Positions 60,575 through 64,000 of a stretch of DNA of 64,000 bases are shown here, piece after piece. Both the position numbers and the translations under genes were made by a program. The stretch is taken from assembly GCF_035084215.1 (NCBI RefSeq), contig NC_090357.1, positions 4,960,001 to 5,024,000 of the forward strand. The letters are read 5' to 3'. The DNA comes from Heptranchias perlo (taxonomy: Eukaryota). The first letter of the stretch is position 1. The number at the start of each line of letters is the position of its first letter. Under the pieces are notes generated by a model that was not told the origin of the DNA, searched no databases, and worked only from the letters and a program-made list of their open reading frames with translations.

Positions 60575-60912
60575 CATGGGTTAGATACAGAGTAAAGTTC
60601 CCTCTACACTGTCCCATCAAACACTCCCAGGACAGGTACAGCACAGGTTAGATACAGAGTAAAGTTCCCTCTGCACTGTTCCATCAAACACTCCCAGGGC
60701 TGGTACAGCACGGGTTAGATACAGAGTAAAGCTCCCTCTGCACTGTCCCATCAAACACTCCCAGGGCTGGTACAGCACGGGTTAGATACAGAGTAAAGCT
60801 CCCTCAACACTGTCCCATCAAACACTCCCAGGGCAGGTACAGCACGGGTTAGATACAGAGTAAATCTCCCTCTACACTGTCCCATCAAACACTCCCAGGG
60901 CAGGTACAGCAT
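60575..60912 (-). repeat. 65-bp-family minisatellite, about 5 units
   Basis: Reverse complement of the 30645 unit. Confidence 0.9.
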
Positions 60913-61176
60913 GGATTGGGTGTAAGGTTAAATTAATTGATCCCAAGCTCGCAGTGTAAGCTGCACAATGAGGAAGTACAGATTAGAGACAGGTTTTCAG
61001 CACCACTTCATTGGTTGTAAAGTGCTTTGCGACATCCTTAGGTCATGAAAGGCGCTATATAAATGCAAGTCCTTCATTTATGTTGACACATCGTTTGAGC
61101 AAAAGAACCAGTGTCAGAGGCTGATAGTGAGTTCACCACAGAGGATTGACGCAGAGCACGGGGACACATCTCTCAC

Positions 61177-61346
61177 CACTTTCTCTTCGGCACCAGTGTG
61201 TGGGGTATAGGACCAGTCCAACTTGATGTCGTGTATTTCTGTGTATGCTGCGTAGTCAAGTGTGCAGTCCAGCCGTAACTCCTCTCCCTCTCCCACTGCC
61301 AGGTTTTCCGGGGATGAGATGCCAACAGCTAGGATTGAGCAGATAT
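61177..61346 (-). CDS. JAML: JAML-like end of signal peptide and first half of the Ig V domain
   Basis: CTCTACAG|AT ... GTG|GTGAGA, 170 bp, encoding (D)ICSILAVGISSPENLAVGEGEELRLDCTLDYAAYTEIHDIKLDWSYTPHTGAEEKV, with the B-strand Cys and C-strand Trp. Syntenic position next to SCN2B. Confidence 0.85.
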
Positions 61347-61559
61347 CTGTAGAGCAGGAACACACAGTCAATGCCTGGAGAGCGGTAGAAGGCTCAGTGC
61401 TGGTGTAGAGAGGCAGTGGGTTCATTTTCACTGCAGGTGATGTTGCGCCATCTTATGACAAGTCCATCACCCTTCCCTCCCCCCCGGAGGTTCTTAAATC
61501 TGTGACCAAAGGGACCCCTTCATTAGAGTGGCTGAGCCTCAGAAAATCAGTTTCAGATA

Positions 61560-62062
61560 CCTGAACCCCTCGATTAAATCCCAACATTTAACTCACTCCC
61601 GGGTATCTGTTATTCTATATATAAACCCTCCTAATCCCTCGATTAGATTCCAGCTTGTAACTCACTCCCGGGATCTGTTATTCTATATATAAACTACTGG
61701 AACCACTTGATTAAATTCCAGATTGTAACTCACTCCCGGGTATCTGTTATTCTATATATAAACCCTCCTAATCCCTTGATTAGATTCCAACCTGTAACTC
61801 ACTCCCGGGTATCTGTTATTCTTTATATAAACCCTCCTAATCCCTCGATTTGATTCCAGCCTGTAACTCACTCCCGGGTATCTGTTATTCTTTATATAAA
61901 CCCTCCTAATCCCTCGATTTGATTCCAGCCTGTAACTCACTCCCGGGTATCTGTTATTCTTTATATAAACCACCCAAACCCCTCTATTGGATTTAACCCA
62001 ATAACTCACTCCTAAATATCTGTTATTGTATGAATAAACGATCTGAGCCCCTCGATTAGATT
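61560..62062. repeat. ~69-bp minisatellite GTAACTCACTCCCGGGTATCTGTTATTCTATATATAAACC...GATTAGATTCCAGCCT
   Basis: About 7 units; 23-aa periodicity in ORF 61752-62009. Confidence 0.92.
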
Positions 62063-63086
62063 TCAGGTATCTGATGCGTGCTGATTCTCAGCATAGACCG
62101 AGCTGTGTCATTGACCACCCTACTGCTGAAGCTGAGTATTTGTTAGTATTAGTTACAGGTCAGAATCTTTTATTCAGTCATGACGGGATCAGGGCTAGGC
62201 CGATAACCACACACATGCAGCTTCCCGCAGGGGGCACTGGACAGTGATCAGGAACAAGACCATTGGCGATACTCCCCTCCTTAGCCCCAGGGGCACTTGA
62301 GTCCAACTGGAGTACTCCCCCAGCTATCTCACACAGACAGGAGATTGAACCGAGCTCTCCTGGACTAGTATAACACCAGGTGCCTGACCGTTCCTCGGCA
62401 CCTCATGTGGTCCAGGCCACCAATACTGGAACAGCTGAAACCAGATTATTCAGAAAACCTCTGCAGAAATTAACTAAAGCCTGCTGCAGATCTTCCTGCA
62501 CAGTGTGTAGGTTCAGTTTGCAAACGAGGCCTCCTTCAAAGAGTCTGAGTTAGAAAATAGCACCTAAAGCCACCATGATCCATCTGAACAGGCAGACTAC
62601 CTGGTTCAATGTCTCATGTGGAAGATGGCGCCTCTGTCAATGCAGCCCTCCCTGAGCATTGGCCTGAATCACGCATCTTATCAAGGGTTAAGTTGCTTCA
62701 CAGAGACCAAACTGCTGTGGGTTAGAAGTCAGGCACCTGGAAAGAGAGAAACTGTGGTTGGCTCGGCGAGGGGGAGGGATGTGCTGAAGTGACTTCCCCT
62801 TTACGGTAAGTTACAGTTGCTGCTGGCCTGCGTAGCAGCGATACTGCATCTGGTCTGAGGGTGCCACGTCACTGCGAGTCTCAGCACAGCCACAGCGAGG
62901 GGATCGGCCACCACCAGAACTTGGGCGGTTTGAAAGAGAAATGTGAATCCTGGACGCCCAGCTGCTGCCTTAAAACGCCTTCCATCCAAGCACTTGTGCT
63001 CTTGTTTGGTTAGAACATAGATTACAGGGTGATTTGATAGAGATGTTTAAAGCTATGAACGGAAGGGACAGAGTACATAGAACAGA

Positions 63087-63276
63087 AGGAGTAATTTTAA
63101 CTTTACTCGACAGGCAAGAATCCCACGAGATCGGGTGGAATGCTGGTATTATAACCCGCCCAATATCACTCTCTTGCTGACTTCAGTCGAGAGTGAAATC
63201 GGACAGGGTGTAAAACCAGCGTTGCTCCCGATCTTGTCAGTTTCCTGACCGGGTGGGTTAGGTTAAAATTGCCCCC
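63087..63276. mobile_element. Hairpin MITE (Harbinger/Tourist-like) inside a CR1 remnant (~63010-63560)
   Basis: Termini AGGAGTAATTTTAAC / GTTAAAATTGCCCCC, 3-bp TSD AGA (63084-63086, 63277-63279), and an internal imperfect palindrome. Confidence 0.65.
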
Positions 63277-63564
63277 AGAGTGTTTCCAGTGGTTGAGGGG
63301 GGTCCAGAATGAGTGGACTTAGATGTAAAATTAAATGAAAGAGATTTAGGACAGAGAACAGGAGGAACTTTTTTTTTTAACACAAGAGAGTTGTGAGGCT
63401 GTGAAAATCACTACCAGAGTTAGTGATTGAAGCAGAGCCCATATCAAAATTTACAAATAGGTTAGATAGGTGGTTGCAGGAAAGGGGGTAAAAGGAATCT
63501 GGGAACAGGGAACAGGGCGGGGCACATGGGATTCGGATACTGCATGTGTGGAGGATAGAGAAAG

Positions 63565-64000
63565 AAAAAGAATGACTTGAGTTTCTATAGAGCACCTTTT
63601 GAGACCTCAGGACGTCCCAAAACGCTTTACAGCCAATGAAGTACTTTTTTGAAGTGTAGTCACTGTTAGAATATAGGAAATGCCAATTTGCACAGAGCAA
63701 GATCCCACAAACAGCAATGTGATAATGACCAGATAATCTCTTTTTTAGTGCTGTTGGTTGAGGGATAAATATTGACTCCCCTGCTGTTCTTCAAATAGGG
63801 CCGTGGGGTCTTTTACGTCCACCTGAGAGGGCAGACAGGACCTCAGTTTGATATCTCCTCCGAAAGTCAGCACCTCTGACGCTGCGGCACTCCCTCGGTA
63901 CTGCACTAGTAGTGTCAGCCTAGATTACAGGCTCAAGTCTCTGGAAAGGGCTTGAACTGAGATCTTCTGACTCAGGTGAGAGTACTACCCAATGAGCCAT
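63565..64000 (-). mobile_element. DeuSINE (runs to the window edge)
   Basis: Reverse-complement match to the family. Confidence 0.8.

Noticed and set aside
62801-62989. Candidate leader exon of the JAML-like gene
   Set aside because: No ATG-initiated hydrophobic leader with a good phase-1 donor; the leader exon was not located and may lie beyond the window.

Overview
This is vertebrate genomic DNA, not prokaryotic. The repeat families (DeuSINE/SacSINE1-like SINEs, CR1 and L2 LINEs, a 65-bp minisatellite) point to a cartilaginous fish (shark). Three genes lie on the minus strand in the order known from the mammalian SCN4B-SCN2B-JAML cluster. (1) The probable first coding exon of SCN4B (4320-4395); the rest lies left of the window. 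(2) A complete four-exon SCN2B (49641 to 23184, 218 aa) whose ~21.5-kb first intron holds a ~9.8-kb G-rich satellite with a 200-N assembly gap. (3) A JAML/AMICA1-like receptor (61346 to 53218, leader exon not found). The most notable result is in the JAML-like gene. It appears to have a single V-set Ig domain, and its 126-bp symmetric cytoplasmic exon carrying the YxxM (PI3K-type) motif is present twice; one copy sits as a ~180-bp cassette inside a CR1-derived minisatellite. The rest of the window is dense with nested transposons: a Harbinger inside a Tx1/L1, CR1 in CR1 in SINE, hAT and Harbinger-type MITEs, and a 61-bp perfect hairpin insertion. Several minisatellites appear to have arisen inside CR1 3' ends. 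Exon coordinates were read by hand from splice signals and frames. Homology calls rest on remembered mammalian sequences and repeat consensus sequences, not on a search. Repeat boundaries are approximate unless a TSD is cited.
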